A stretch of DNA of 64,000 nucleotides, from NCBI GenBank assembly GCA_017482565.1, contig JAFUMO010000065.1:1164-65163 (forward strand), given 5' to 3'. Shown here piece by piece: positions 1 to 10,069 of this stretch. The notes below the pieces were generated by a model, which did no database searches, had not been told where the DNA came from, and saw only the letters and a list, made by a program, of their open reading frames with translations. The translations under genes and the position numbers were made by a program. This DNA is from Bacteroidales bacterium (GTDB lineage: Bacteria; Bacteroidota; Bacteroidia; Bacteroidales; UBA932). Every line of letters begins with the position of its first letter. Positions within the stretch are counted from its first letter, which is position 1.

Positions 1-2178
1 TCCAAAGTAAGTTATCAGTACCGTAAAAAATGCGATAATCATAAATGTGTGGAAGAATATAGGGTTACGGAATTTGCCAAGTGAGGTGGTGTGCAAAGCT
101 GCTGAATAAACCAACAATGTAATTAATGCCCATACCTCCTTAGGATCCCACCCCCAATATCTGCCCCATGAGATATTTGCCCATACAGCACCTGCAAAGA
201 TACCCGTAGCAAGCATAAATACTGCAGGATAGAGCATAATATTACTTACAACCTGCAAGTACTCAACCTCTGCCTGATGGTTGCGTTTTGTGTAGTGTAA
301 CACTATAGCTGCAATGCCATTCATCAGCGTAAATGCGAGCAATGAGTAGGCTATCATAATTATCACAACATGGATACTCAACAATGGCGATTGTAAGACA
401 GGCATAAGTTGTGTAATGCGGGGAGTTGCCTCTCCCATCATAGAAACCAAGAGCGAGAGTCCACACAAAAGATAACCCAAAGGCAGAGACATATGGAATT
501 TACGCATTGTGCAGAGGGCTATCAGCACACTGCACCAAGACATAAACTGCATTGTTTCAAAGCCATTTGAGAGTGGTATATGGTCGCTTACAATCCATCG
601 CAGGACTATCTGCAAGGTGAGATAGAGCAATACTACACCCAATCCCACAGCAAGCGAAGTGTTTATACATTTATTATGACCGTGACGTAATGATGAACTT
701 AAGCAGAATATCAAAAAGAGGATTATTCCAAGTGTCACACATGCCATAGCCAAAGGTCGGTTGATATTGGCCGAATTGTACCGCTTCTCCGCCTCAAAAC
801 GCCACGATGGAGGCAGTATATCGCCAGCCTCTTTCGTCTGATATGTGCCGATTTTATCGAGCAACGATACCACCTCATCATACTTTTTGAGCATAATCTT
901 TTCGCCCATAATATTCATGCTTTGACCGATAAAGAGCCACTGTTCGTATGGTACCTCGGCAGGTAGTTTGTCTGCCAGTGAGTACCAAGTAACAACACCC
1001 TCACTATTGCTGTAAGGGTATATTTTGAGCAGGTTGCCCATGACTAGCATGCTTACTAAGTTGAATTTTTCGTCCGCCGATTCGGCATTTCGGCGATTGG
1101 TTATCCTCTCGCCATGCAGAGCCTCTTCTAGTTTGTAACCCTCAACCGAGGCAAAGTCTGTAAGACGGGCATATTTGCCGTGGATACCTAGAAGTTGCTG
1201 TGTTTCGCCTCCTTTGATTTTAATCATAGGCTCATGCTTCCAATCGTCATAGAAGAAGAACCAGCCCGTAACTACCTGCTCTGCAGTCAAACCACGATAT
1301 GTTGATTTTCCGTATAGTTTCGTGGTGAAATCTTTGGCAAAGGTCTGCAGCGGGCAGATGCGTTCATTGTAGTAGATGTGCAGGTCACCAAACTTTGCCG
1401 CTACCTCATGAGGTAGCGTGTGAGGCATATTCTCCTTGCCAAAGGCAGTGAACGAACAGCAGAGAGAAACTGCAACTACGGTGGTACGTTTTAGTGCTGG
1501 ATGGTTCAACAAAGTGCGGAAACGGCTATTCGGCTGAAAGAAGAAGCTGAGCATGGAGAGGAGTAGCATAAGGTAGCCGGCGTATGTTATGCCGATACCC
1601 CAAGGGTCGTGCGACACGGCAAGCGTTGTACCCTCGCCATCCCTATCATACCCTGCCTGATAGAAACGATAGTTATGGTGTTTGAGGATATTGTTCATTG
1701 AGACCTTACCCTCTATTCTTTGCTCGCCATCCACAATCCCTATATGGCTTACATAGTCCATAGGGGCAAATGTGCCTTCGTAGTATTGTAATTCAAAGTT
1801 GCGCAATATCAGCGCAAACGGGAGCTCCTGCACTTTGTCATCGGTATTGGTAAAGCTCTGTACCGCCTCACCTACGCGCAGATGCACTTTGCCTTGTACA
1901 CCCCAAATGTGAGTTGTCAATGCGCCCGCCAAAATAAGCATAAATGAGAGGTGCAGTATAAGTGTTATGGGCATCTTGTGTAAGCGTCGTTTGATAATAT
2001 ATGCCAACGCAAAGAGCGATGCCATACCCCATAGTACAACCATATATGCTGAGGTATAGATATTTTCATAGGCAAAAGCCGTTCCGTAGAACTTTTCAAC
2101 TATGGTAGCTACCATAAGGACTACGACAATAAGGGCAATTGAACCAAAGGCAAGATATTTAGAGAGACTCTTTTCCAT
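1..2178 (-). CDS. ccsA: cytochrome c biogenesis protein, fused ResB-like/CcsA (CcsBA-type system II synthase); 3' end runs off the window
   Basis: Not in the ORF track because there is no stop inside the window. My own minus-strand translation from the ATG at 2178-2176 gives [20 protein letters not shown]..., with many hydrophobic segments. Around nt 121-200 it reads [25 protein letters not shown], the Trp-rich WGxxWxWD haem-handling motif of CcsA/ResC. Confidence 0.8.
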   Translation of the reverse strand, partial: MEKSLSKYLAFGSIALIVVVLMVATIVEKFYGTAFAYENIYTSAYMVVLWGMASLFALAYIIKRRLHKMPITLILHLSFMLILAGALTTHIWGVQGKVHLRVGEAVQSFTNTDDKVQELPFALILRNFELQYYEGTFAPMDYVSHIGIVDGEQRIEGKVSMNNILKHHNYRFYQAGYDRDGEGTTLAVSHDPWGIGITYAGYLMLLLSMLSFFFQPNSRFRTLLNHPALKRTTVVAVSLCCSFTAFGKENMPHTLPHEVAAKFGDLHIYYNERICPLQTFAKDFTTKLYGKSTYRGLTAEQVVTGWFFFYDDWKHEPMIKIKGGETQQLLGIHGKYARLTDFASVEGYKLEEALHGERITNRRNAESADEKFNLVSMLVMGNLLKIYPYSNSEGVVTWYSLADKLPAEVPYEQWLFIGQSMNIMGEKIMLKKYDEVVSLLDKIGTYQTKEAGDILPPSWRFEAEKRYNSANINRPLAMACVTLGIILFLIFCLSSSLRHGHNKCINTSLAVGLGVVLLYLTLQIVLRWIVSDHIPLSNGFETMQFMSWCSVLIALCTMRKFHMSLPLGYLLCGLSLLVSMMGEATPRITQLMPVLQSPLLSIHVVIIMIAYSLLAFTLMNGIAAIVLHYTKRNHQAEVEYLQVVSNIMLYPAVFMLATGIFAGAVWANISWGRYWGWDPKEVWALITLLVYSAALHTTSLGKFRNPIFFHTFMIIAFFTVLITYFG

Positions 2179-2266
2179 AATTGAATAAGATGAGGGGGAC
2201 TCAAAAGGTGGAAATTTAAGGCTTACCCTTTTGAGTCACCCTCATGATTACTTGCAACTTTATATG

Positions 2267-3946
2267 TTAGATTGCATCAAGAAACTCGATGATGGCGTCA
2301 CGCTCGGCTTTCGACAACTTGCGGAACTCTTCTACGGTCTTACGGGCATCACTCTCCGCTGCACCATGCCACATAATAGCCTCCATAGTAGTACGTGCCC
2401 GGCAATCGTGTAGACGATCAGCGGTTGACGAGCCTGTAACCTTCTGGTGCAAGCCGCGGCCCCAAAGCGGAGTTGTACGGCACCAGCCGGTGCGAATATC
2501 CTCTTCCATACAGAGTTTGTGCTGTACCATATCTGTATAAGGCCAAATAGTCTGCTGAGGGAAACGTGGTAACTCGTTACCTTTAAAGAAGCCTGCCGGG
2601 TCACGAATCACATCATCGCCTGTTGTCCAGGATGGGCGATGGCAATATGAACAACCTATCTCTTCAAACAATTTTTTACCTTGCTCAACGGTTTCATAGT
2701 TGTTATCGGTAATACGAGCTGCAGGAACAGCCAAACCTCGGTGCCAAACCATAATATCAATATACTCCTGGTCTGTCATCTCAACAGGGAGATTGGTAGC
2801 AGTAAGGTATGCGTAAATACGATCCTCCATAGCCCCCTCATGCCAGGCAGAATATTTCTTGTCTGGATCAACCTGCTCAATATATGCGGTAAAACCAGCT
2901 TGGACATCAGGGTCTTTTGCTGAAGCACGAGCCCATGATGACTTCTTGCCATTTGCAGTATGAGCATCAAGGTAGTGGGACTGGCGATCACTACGAGTAA
3001 CATTTGTAATATTCCAGATAGCGTTTGCTCCTGCTGCATCTTGCAATGGCCCGCGACTCATTGCATATGTATAGCGGCGAGGATAACTCTTTCCATCAGA
3101 ATTTACAGCAGTACTCTTGTATGGACTCTTCCAAGTTCCACCTGCAAAGTACGCGGTGTTAACACCATGTCTCATATAACCATCCTGTTCCTGTTTTGTC
3201 CACTCGGCAGTAAGATCTTCATCAGAAATGGCATCTAGTAGTCCAGTACCGTATACGCCAATTGTTGATTCCAATTTAACTCCATAATTACCGAGGTCTG
3301 AATCAGTCAATTCACCTTTATTATAGGCGTAGATAGCATCTTTGCCCATTTCCACGGTAGGATACTGCAACGAATATATCTCACCGTCATCAAACTTATT
3401 ACCCCACTCGTCAATATATTCGTGCCAAGTTACAATCACCTTATTGTGGTCCACAGGTGCTTTGAATGGTGCTACAGCATACCCTTGCGGCATACCTGCA
3501 ACCCATGAAACATACCCCTCGGTATCCTTGTCATAGACAACTAACAAACAACCATTACCCACCTCGTCTGTTTCAAACGTGCCAGCCTTGATGCGTTTAC
3601 CGTGTCCATAACCCGGGTGACAATGCAAACACGAAGTACGAATATAGGCAGGTCCCAAGCCACTACGGGTACCGGTGTTATTTGTCATAAACTCATTCTC
3701 AAAGAGAGCTTCTCCATTCTTGAAAGAATCATACATTCCTTCGCTTATAATCTGTCCTGTAGGCTGCTCAAAGGCATGAGATGTGAATATGTAGGTTGTG
3801 CCGAGCTTGCCTCCTGTATAGTACCATTCCGGCATATCGTCAGGCAACTGCCCCTCTGGGGTGAGACCTTCTTTGTAAGAGTCATCTGTACACGCTGAGA
3901 ATATTGCTACGGTGCACGTTATAATGAATAATAAGGCCTTCTTCAT
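2267..3946 (-). CDS. di-haem cytochrome c peroxidase-like lipoprotein (DUF1111-type, imelysin-associated)
   Basis: 559-aa ORF with lipoprotein signal MKKALLFIITCTVAIFSAC. Two CxxCH haem c motifs are present (SCLHCHPGYGHG and CSYCHRPSW). It lies directly downstream of an imelysin gene, the usual partner. Confidence 0.75.
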   Translation of the reverse strand: MKKALLFIITCTVAIFSACTDDSYKEGLTPEGQLPDDMPEWYYTGGKLGTTYIFTSHAFEQPTGQIISEGMYDSFKNGEALFENEFMTNNTGTRSGLGPAYIRTSCLHCHPGYGHGKRIKAGTFETDEVGNGCLLVVYDKDTEGYVSWVAGMPQGYAVAPFKAPVDHNKVIVTWHEYIDEWGNKFDDGEIYSLQYPTVEMGKDAIYAYNKGELTDSDLGNYGVKLESTIGVYGTGLLDAISDEDLTAEWTKQEQDGYMRHGVNTAYFAGGTWKSPYKSTAVNSDGKSYPRRYTYAMSRGPLQDAAGANAIWNITNVTRSDRQSHYLDAHTANGKKSSWARASAKDPDVQAGFTAYIEQVDPDKKYSAWHEGAMEDRIYAYLTATNLPVEMTDQEYIDIMVWHRGLAVPAARITDNNYETVEQGKKLFEEIGCSYCHRPSWTTGDDVIRDPAGFFKGNELPRFPQQTIWPYTDMVQHKLCMEEDIRTGWCRTTPLWGRGLHQKVTGSSTADRLHDCRARTTMEAIMWHGAAESDARKTVEEFRKLSKAERDAIIEFLDAI

Positions 3947-3960
3947 ACATTAAACCTTTT

Positions 3961-5124
3961 TTAGTAATTTTTTGCCAGTTCCGATGCTACATTTTCCAGT
4001 GCTGTAACTAACTCATTTACTTTGTCAATAGCATTCTTTGTTGTAGACGAGCCTGCACTTTTTGCAAATGGCTCCGGAATTGCACTGATAGCTGTCTTTG
4101 ACTCTTGGATCAAAGTATGGACTTTTGTATCCAATGATGGGTTAACACTCTTGATATAATCAGAAATAGAAGTGTGCGTACCGCCTTCAACTCCCTTACC
4201 TGCATATACATTGTCGATACTAATGATATTACCCACAAAATCAACTATAGAATTGAGGGAATATGGAGACTCTATATAGTTGCGGTCACCATCGGTCTGT
4301 CCATTCACACCACGGTATGGAGCACCCATTTTGGTATTCGCTACCTCGTCGGCAATAGTAACACAACCATCAATAATCTCTTCGGCAGCATCTTGGTAAG
4401 TCCTGTATAGGCTACCAGCTTCACCGGCATTCTTCATCTCCAAACCATAATTGCGTGATGCTTCCAATTCGGCATCATTAAGGAGAGTCTGTTTTTCATT
4501 TGAAACTTTGCCTGCCCAAGCCAGCTCAAGCAATGCACACTGAGCAGCCAAATCATCTGCTACGGCAGCCAGAAATACCAATTCTACCTCATCAAATGTA
4601 GTACGAGGCGAAGATGTAGTACCATCAGCCGACAATTCGAACAACATATACTCAATAGAGTGATAACCAAGCAAGCCACTGCCAAAGTCGGCTGCTTCCA
4701 AATCCTGTCCTGATTTCAAAAGGTTAAGAATTGTCTGTAATTTGTTGTGATCAAGAGGCCATGTGTCAATATGCGGGTCAATGTTATAGTCGGCAGCCGC
4801 ACCAAAGAGGAAAGCCTCACTCTTCTCCCAATAATCACGGCTCTTTAACCAATAGCCCTGTGCCTGTTGTACCATATCCACAGTAATACCGTTCACACCA
4901 ACCTCCAACATCTTGTTGCACACATTGGCAAGAAGCAATGCATTATCCGCCATACCTTTGTAAGTTGGAATAACCACATTGTCAATGTAAGGATTTACAG
5001 CAGCCTGCAATGCTACTTCTTTTGCGTTGAGATCACCATCATCACCCAATTTGTCGCTCTCACAAGAAGCTAAAGTCATTGTACTGAGTGCAAGACAGAA
5101 AATGATTTTGAAAATTTTTTTCAT
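3961..5124 (-). CDS. imelysin family (peptidase M75-like, iron-regulated IrpA-like) lipoprotein
   Basis: 387-aa ORF with lipobox LTLASC. It carries the conserved GxHxxE motif (LGYHSIEYMLFE) and sits between a porin-like gene and the di-haem protein. Confidence 0.7.
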   Translation of the reverse strand: MKKIFKIIFCLALSTMTLASCESDKLGDDGDLNAKEVALQAAVNPYIDNVVIPTYKGMADNALLLANVCNKMLEVGVNGITVDMVQQAQGYWLKSRDYWEKSEAFLFGAAADYNIDPHIDTWPLDHNKLQTILNLLKSGQDLEAADFGSGLLGYHSIEYMLFELSADGTTSSPRTTFDEVELVFLAAVADDLAAQCALLELAWAGKVSNEKQTLLNDAELEASRNYGLEMKNAGEAGSLYRTYQDAAEEIIDGCVTIADEVANTKMGAPYRGVNGQTDGDRNYIESPYSLNSIVDFVGNIISIDNVYAGKGVEGGTHTSISDYIKSVNPSLDTKVHTLIQESKTAISAIPEPFAKSAGSSTTKNAIDKVNELVTALENVASELAKNY

Positions 5125-5164
5125 TTTTTTATAATTTTAGTTACACAATATACTAATACTAAGC

Positions 5165-6487
5165 TTATTTGAAATATTTATTGAATAAGCCTGCAAATGC
5201 AATTCCAAGAGATACATACGGCTCATTGTTGTACTGTGTTGCAAGTATACCCCTACCATACTCAGCCTTAATTACAATGTCCTGCATAGGACGATAATTC
5301 AAACCTACTACCCAATTCTGACGGGCACACCACTCGTTTTCTATTACTGAGCCTTGAGTGCGAAACATGGAATCGTAATACTCATATCGTGTAAAGACAT
5401 AAAACGACTCTCCTTGAGAACGCAATTTCCCGTTCAACCCAAAGAGGTCATATCCAACTTCCAATCCCCCAACAATTGCATCAGACCCAATATGCTGCTT
5501 GGGAGATGGCGAATCCTTACGCATTGTCATATTAAAGGTAGTTATCAACTCTGAATCATAGAGATGACCATAGTCAAAATTACCACGTACAATGATGTTA
5601 TGAGAATCATAGCAAAAGTCAAATGCTCCGAGCAGAACTGTACCCTTTACATCTTTATATTTGGTTCCATCTGTAGAAGAAAGAGAATTTTTAAAAGAAT
5701 TGCCAATATAACCACTCAATGACAAACGCAAGCCCTTTACCGAGAAGTTATCTACACGGAATGCTCCTGCGTATGAGTTTGCAATATCAAATTCGTATGG
5801 AGAACCGGCTGCCCCGCCAATCCAATTTTGGCTATTGAAACGGTCGGAATCAAGACCCGGCAAAAATAATAGTTCATAACGCCAATCTTTCGTTTTACCC
5901 CAAAGACTAACACCCGTCTGATGCCAAGTGCAAGGCATGATGGTTCTCTCTCCTTCGGGACGCATGTTGGTAAAAAACTCTGTTGGCATATGATACATAT
6001 TTGTTGCCCCAACAGGAACTATAAGGTGTCCGATTTTGAGGTTAACCTTGCCTTCAAGCCACGCTTTGTTAATCCAGAACTGTTCAAGGACAACCTCTCC
6101 ACCCTTCTCAACTTCTGTTTCATATTCACCTCCTTCTTCAACCTCCATTTCTACGGCACTACCTGTACCACCATGTTCAAACTCCACCTCTGTACCAAGT
6201 GACCAACCTTTACCGAAGTCATATCCCAACCACAATACAACGTGTGGTATATCAAAACGGCCATGCCCTTTGTCGTTGGCAAAATTAGCAGCATCAGTAT
6301 ATCGTGCCGGGTTGGAACTGAAGAAGTTACGGGTGAGTACCACTTCTCCATAACCACCCATCTGTAATCTCGACTCCGAGCGAGTTTTAACGGATGTTGA
6401 ATCAATACTCCTTATAGTGGACTCCTTCTGTGCTGAAATATTCAGAAACAACATCATAAAGAACAATAATAAAAACAAGCGTTTCAT
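5165..6487 (-). CDS. outer-membrane beta-barrel / porin-like protein, first gene of the imelysin cluster
   Basis: 440-aa ORF with signal peptide MKRLFLLLFFMMLFLNISAQ. Alternating amphipathic beta-strand pattern, aromatic-rich C-terminus (GIAFAGLFNKYFK). Confidence 0.55.
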   Translation of the reverse strand: MKRLFLLLFFMMLFLNISAQKESTIRSIDSTSVKTRSESRLQMGGYGEVVLTRNFFSSNPARYTDAANFANDKGHGRFDIPHVVLWLGYDFGKGWSLGTEVEFEHGGTGSAVEMEVEEGGEYETEVEKGGEVVLEQFWINKAWLEGKVNLKIGHLIVPVGATNMYHMPTEFFTNMRPEGERTIMPCTWHQTGVSLWGKTKDWRYELLFLPGLDSDRFNSQNWIGGAAGSPYEFDIANSYAGAFRVDNFSVKGLRLSLSGYIGNSFKNSLSSTDGTKYKDVKGTVLLGAFDFCYDSHNIIVRGNFDYGHLYDSELITTFNMTMRKDSPSPKQHIGSDAIVGGLEVGYDLFGLNGKLRSQGESFYVFTRYEYYDSMFRTQGSVIENEWCARQNWVVGLNYRPMQDIVIKAEYGRGILATQYNNEPYVSLGIAFAGLFNKYFK

Positions 6488-6519
6488 AGGAACTATATGG
6501 TTTATTTAAATAAGTTACG

Positions 6520-6527
6520 CAAAGGTA
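6520..6527 (-). promoter_or_regulatory. Bacteroidetes -7 promoter motif TACCTTTG for the porin-imelysin-dihaem operon
   Basis: Plus strand reads CAAAGGTA, which is TAnnTTTG on the minus strand, 33 nt upstream of the ATG at 6487. Confidence 0.45.
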
Positions 6528-7052
6528 CTTTATATTTCAGCCTTGGGAATACTCTAAATAAGGTATTTTATTATGCAAATTCAGTTGTGTTTTACTCATT
6601 TTAGGTACTGTTCGTATCATCAATATATCGTAAATCTTACATCTTCAGGAGCATAAACTTCATCCAAATGGCCCGGTGCGGATGCTCATGTGAGAGTATC
6701 TGCCTGCAACAGAAATACTGCTGACATATTCCCCCAAATTCTGTATAAAGTATTTTTCAGTCAATATTGGTTTTTAGGAATATTTGGCAGAAATTTGAAG
6801 TCCAATACCCCATGAATGTAAAAAACATTTTCTACCTTTGTACGGTCCGGCAGCGGGCATACATATTTTGATGAAAGTGTTTCGCTTTTAACCTTGAATG
6901 GAAATCTGGTAAATTTCAAAAGTACAAGGGTAAGCAATCATTCTTCATTGCTTGTTGTGTCATATACTGTTCCAAAGTATATATCAGCAAGTGTGGGGTA
7001 TTGTTTATTTTGTACTTGGGCTTACCAGAGCCTCCATTCAGATAAACGATAA

Positions 7053-7418
7053 ACTCCACACTTTCTTTTTGTAATTAAATACCACTCTTGGGGTTGGAGT
7101 GGATTTTCGTATTATGCTAAAAAAGGAAGAACTTCTAAATGCGCAATTGATGTTGCTGTTAGAAGTTATGTATTTCCTAATGGAAATAAGGTTGAAAGTG
7201 TAGAGAGTGTTATTGTTAAAAACTATTGTCCGGACGGAATAGACTCAAGCATGCTCGAGGAATGTACTGGGGGAGTTTTTGCATGTAATATTAGAGTTGA
7301 ACAAAAACTGGAACATTTAAACGGAACTTGTTCTGAAATTCAGCAATTTAATAGCTGTGCCTTTGAAGTAATATCTTATAAAGCTGAAAAATTTGAGGTT
7401 AATGTTAATTTAAAATGA
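7053..7418 (+). pseudogene. start-less Cys-rich ORF remnant (or a 55-aa small ORF from the ATG at 7251) ending 7 nt before the next gene
   Basis: My codon-by-codon reading finds 121 sense codons open from the stop at 7050-7052 to the TGA at 7416-7418. The sequence is ...YHSWGWSGFSYYAKKGRTSKCAIDVAVRSYVFPNGNKVESVESVIVKNYCPDGIDSSMLEECTGGVFACNIRVEQKLEHLNGTCSEIQQFNSCAFEVISYKAEKFEVNVNLK. The first in-frame ATG is only at 7251. Confidence 0.35.
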
Positions 7419-7425
7419 TTGTATT

Positions 7426-9303
7426 ATGAAAAAAATTTTAACAGTAATTTTACTACTGACTATTGCTTCTTGCAGCAAATTTGATGATTCTTCTATTTGG
7501 GAAGAGCTTAAAGAACATGAAAGCAGAATATTGAAGTTGGAGACTCTCTGTAATCAGATGAATACAAATATCACATCCCTTCAAACAATTGTTACGGCCC
7601 TACAAGAAAATGATTATGTAAAAAACATCGCCCCAATTACGGAAAATGGCAAGGAGATAGGTTATACCATAACATTTGCAAAAAAAGGCTCTATTACTAT
7701 TTATCATGGTAAGAATGGAGAAGACGGCAAAGATGGTGAGAATGGTAAAGATGGCGTAAATGGAACTGATGGTACAAACGGGAAAGATGGAGTTGATGGC
7801 AAGGATGGAAAAACACCTGTAATTGGGGTGCGAAAACATACTGATGGCGTTTATTATTGGACATTGAACGGTGAATGGCTGTTGGATGATGCCGGCAATA
7901 AGATTCCTACAACCGGAAAGGATGGCCAAGACGGAGAAGACGGCAAAGATGGACAGAGTGGTACAAATGGATCTGATGGAAAAGACGGAGTGGATGGGGA
8001 AGATGGACAAGATGGAGCTAATGGGAAAGATGGTATCACACCACAATTGAAAATTGAAGAAGACTATTGGTATATTTCATATGACAAAGGTGCATCCTGG
8101 GAAAAGCTCAATAAAGCAACCGGTAATAATGGACTTGATGGCTCGGATGGAGATTCAATCATAAAATCAATCACTCAGGATGAAGATAATGTGTACTTTA
8201 ATTTGAGTGATGGAACATTACTTACTTTGCCAAAAAGAAAATCAGATGTAATTATTTTTAAAGATTTAAATGTAGAAGCTCTTTGCGTAAGGAATTGGGA
8301 TGCGAATAGAGATGGTGAATTGTCGTATGATGAAGCAGCATCTGTGACGTCTTTAAGAGGGGTGTTTAAAGGGAATATGAATATTATTTCATTTGAAGAA
8401 TTTGAATATTTTGTTGGTGTAAAAGAGATTGAATCTGGCGCATTTAAAGAATGTGGCAATTTATGGAGAATATGTATTCCTAAAAATGTGGAAGTAATTA
8501 AGGAACAGGCATTTTACAAGTGTACATCTCTTGAATATGTTGCATTTAAAGGTGATAACTTGATCAAAATTTGTGGTGGCAACTTATCACGAAGTATAAC
8601 TGGAGCCATTGATACGGAAAGCCAATATAAGGGAGCTTTTGCTTATTGTGAATCATTGCGTTATATTTATCTTCCTGAAAGTTTGGAAATATTAGAAAAT
8701 TCATCATTTGCTTTTTGTTCATCATTGGAGATTGTAAGTTTTGGGCAGAATTCTAAACTTAAAGCTATAGAAGGCGACTTTATTACAGATGCTAAAAAAA
8801 ATTCTTCAACAAGAGCTTTGTCTGGTGCATTTATGGAATGTTCTTCACTGGGTGAAATATATATACCATCAGGAGTTACAGAAATAGGTGCTGGTGCCTT
8901 TTATAAATGCACAGCGTTAAAAAAAGTAAAATTTGAAGCAAATTCGCACTTGTCAACAATTGGAGGAGGATATTATGATAGGGGCCCTTCTTATGCAGGT
9001 GCTTTTGCATTTTGTTCATCTTTAGAGGATATTGATTTGCCACAAACAATTACGACTATATTCAATTCCGCATTCTATGGTTGTTCCTCATTAAAATTGA
9101 TAAAGATGAATAGTTTAACTCCTCCAACGTTGAATTGTACATCGGAAAAATATTATTCTGGGGAATATACTGCAGATTCATATCATTTTAAAGGTATTCA
9201 TGACGATGCGATAATTTGTATTCCACGGCAAGCATTGACTGATTATGAAGGTAATAACGTATGGAGTAATTATAAAACTATATTTTCCGCAATTGATGAA
9301 TAA
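7426..9303 (+). CDS. surface lipoprotein: DUF4988-like coiled-coil N-terminus, collagen-like G-X-Y repeats, BspA-type leucine-rich repeats
   Basis: 625-aa ORF with lipobox LLTIASC. N-terminus reads LETLCNQMNTNITSLQTIVTALQENDYV...GYTITFAKKGSITIYHG. Two G-X-Y blocks are present (GKNGEDGKDGENGKDGVNGTDGTNGKDGVDGKDGKT and GKDGQDGEDGKDGQSGTNGSDGKDGVDGEDGQDGANGKDGIT). The C-terminal half has repeated units of the form FxxCxxLxxIxIPxxVxxIxxxAFxxCxxL. Confidence 0.75.
   Translation: MKKILTVILLLTIASCSKFDDSSIWEELKEHESRILKLETLCNQMNTNITSLQTIVTALQENDYVKNIAPITENGKEIGYTITFAKKGSITIYHGKNGEDGKDGENGKDGVNGTDGTNGKDGVDGKDGKTPVIGVRKHTDGVYYWTLNGEWLLDDAGNKIPTTGKDGQDGEDGKDGQSGTNGSDGKDGVDGEDGQDGANGKDGITPQLKIEEDYWYISYDKGASWEKLNKATGNNGLDGSDGDSIIKSITQDEDNVYFNLSDGTLLTLPKRKSDVIIFKDLNVEALCVRNWDANRDGELSYDEAASVTSLRGVFKGNMNIISFEEFEYFVGVKEIESGAFKECGNLWRICIPKNVEVIKEQAFYKCTSLEYVAFKGDNLIKICGGNLSRSITGAIDTESQYKGAFAYCESLRYIYLPESLEILENSSFAFCSSLEIVSFGQNSKLKAIEGDFITDAKKNSSTRALSGAFMECSSLGEIYIPSGVTEIGAGAFYKCTALKKVKFEANSHLSTIGGGYYDRGPSYAGAFAFCSSLEDIDLPQTITTIFNSAFYGCSSLKLIKMNSLTPPTLNCTSEKYYSGEYTADSYHFKGIHDDAIICIPRQALTDYEGNNVWSNYKTIFSAIDE
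7708..8040 (+). repeat. collagen-like triplet (G-X-Y) coding repeats, 12 + 14 triplets separated by a 33-aa spacer
   Basis: Gly falls at every third residue over aa 95-130 and 164-205 of the 7426..9303 product. The nucleotide pattern is GGn-(A/G)Ar-GAy-like and repeats. Confidence 0.8.
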
Positions 9304-9320
9304 TAGAAAAATAATAACTA

Positions 9321-9785
9321 ATGGAAGTTATGAGTAACGAATTGAAAAATGCGATAAATACTTTTTGTAAATTGCTTCCTGATAATAAGGTTGGGGAGTA
9401 CTCACCTAATCCAAATGACGATAGAAGGTTAAAAGCTATTATTGATACGGCAAATAAAAATTCAGAAGGAGTTCGTCCGTCTGATATAATTGAAGGGTTG
9501 AGGGAAAATAAGTAGAATATCGCAGAAAAAGATATTATTGAGTGCGGAGACACTGCATTCAAGCATATGTTGGATCTAGGACACAATAGTTGAATGTTGA
9601 AATACATTAGATCCGAAGCTAGGAATAAGTGGCTGGAAACGATATGCAATAATAAGCATATCCTACAACAGATGTTGCCAATTACGCGGTATCGTTACTT
9701 GGAAGAACTTGCGAAACCTATTAAATGGATTGGCCCGAAAACTGTTTGGGAAACACTTGTTTGGTTTAATGATAATTTTGATTGA
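9321..9785 (+). pseudogene. hypothetical gene interrupted by two in-frame stops (TAG 9513-9515, TGA 9591-9593)
   Basis: Track ORFs 9321..9515 and 9594..9785 and the 75-nt stretch between them are all in one frame (9594-9516=78). The joined reading is ...GLRENK*NIAEKDIIECGDTAFKHMLDLGHNS*MLKYIRSEARNKW... Confidence 0.5.
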
Positions 9786-10069
9786 ATAATGAGTTGAATT
9801 TTAATAGTCCAACAAACCCCACAACCTCATCCAGAGACAGCAGAGTTTGCCCGACTTAACCTAACTTAAAAAACTATTTCGTATAGATAACAAGAAAGGA
9901 TGGGAATGGTTCAAAACTGAAACAAAAATTATAGAGACTCTATCCTGAATAGAGGAATAAATATATTGTTTAACCAATTCCGAGTTTACGCAGATATGTA
10001 AACCATAGTGTAAACCAGAGAGAAGAAAAGATTTTTCAGAACCTTGTAACTGACTGAGTTATTGCAAAT

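Noticed and set aside
9943-9952. 10-nt direct repeat TCCTGAATAG, identical to the first 10 nt of tRNA-Asn (10070-10079), as a possible att-site remnant.
   Set aside because: It is short. It matches the 5' end of the tRNA rather than the 3' end usually duplicated by integrases. There is no integrase or second boundary in the window. It cannot be distinguished from chance without genome-wide comparison.
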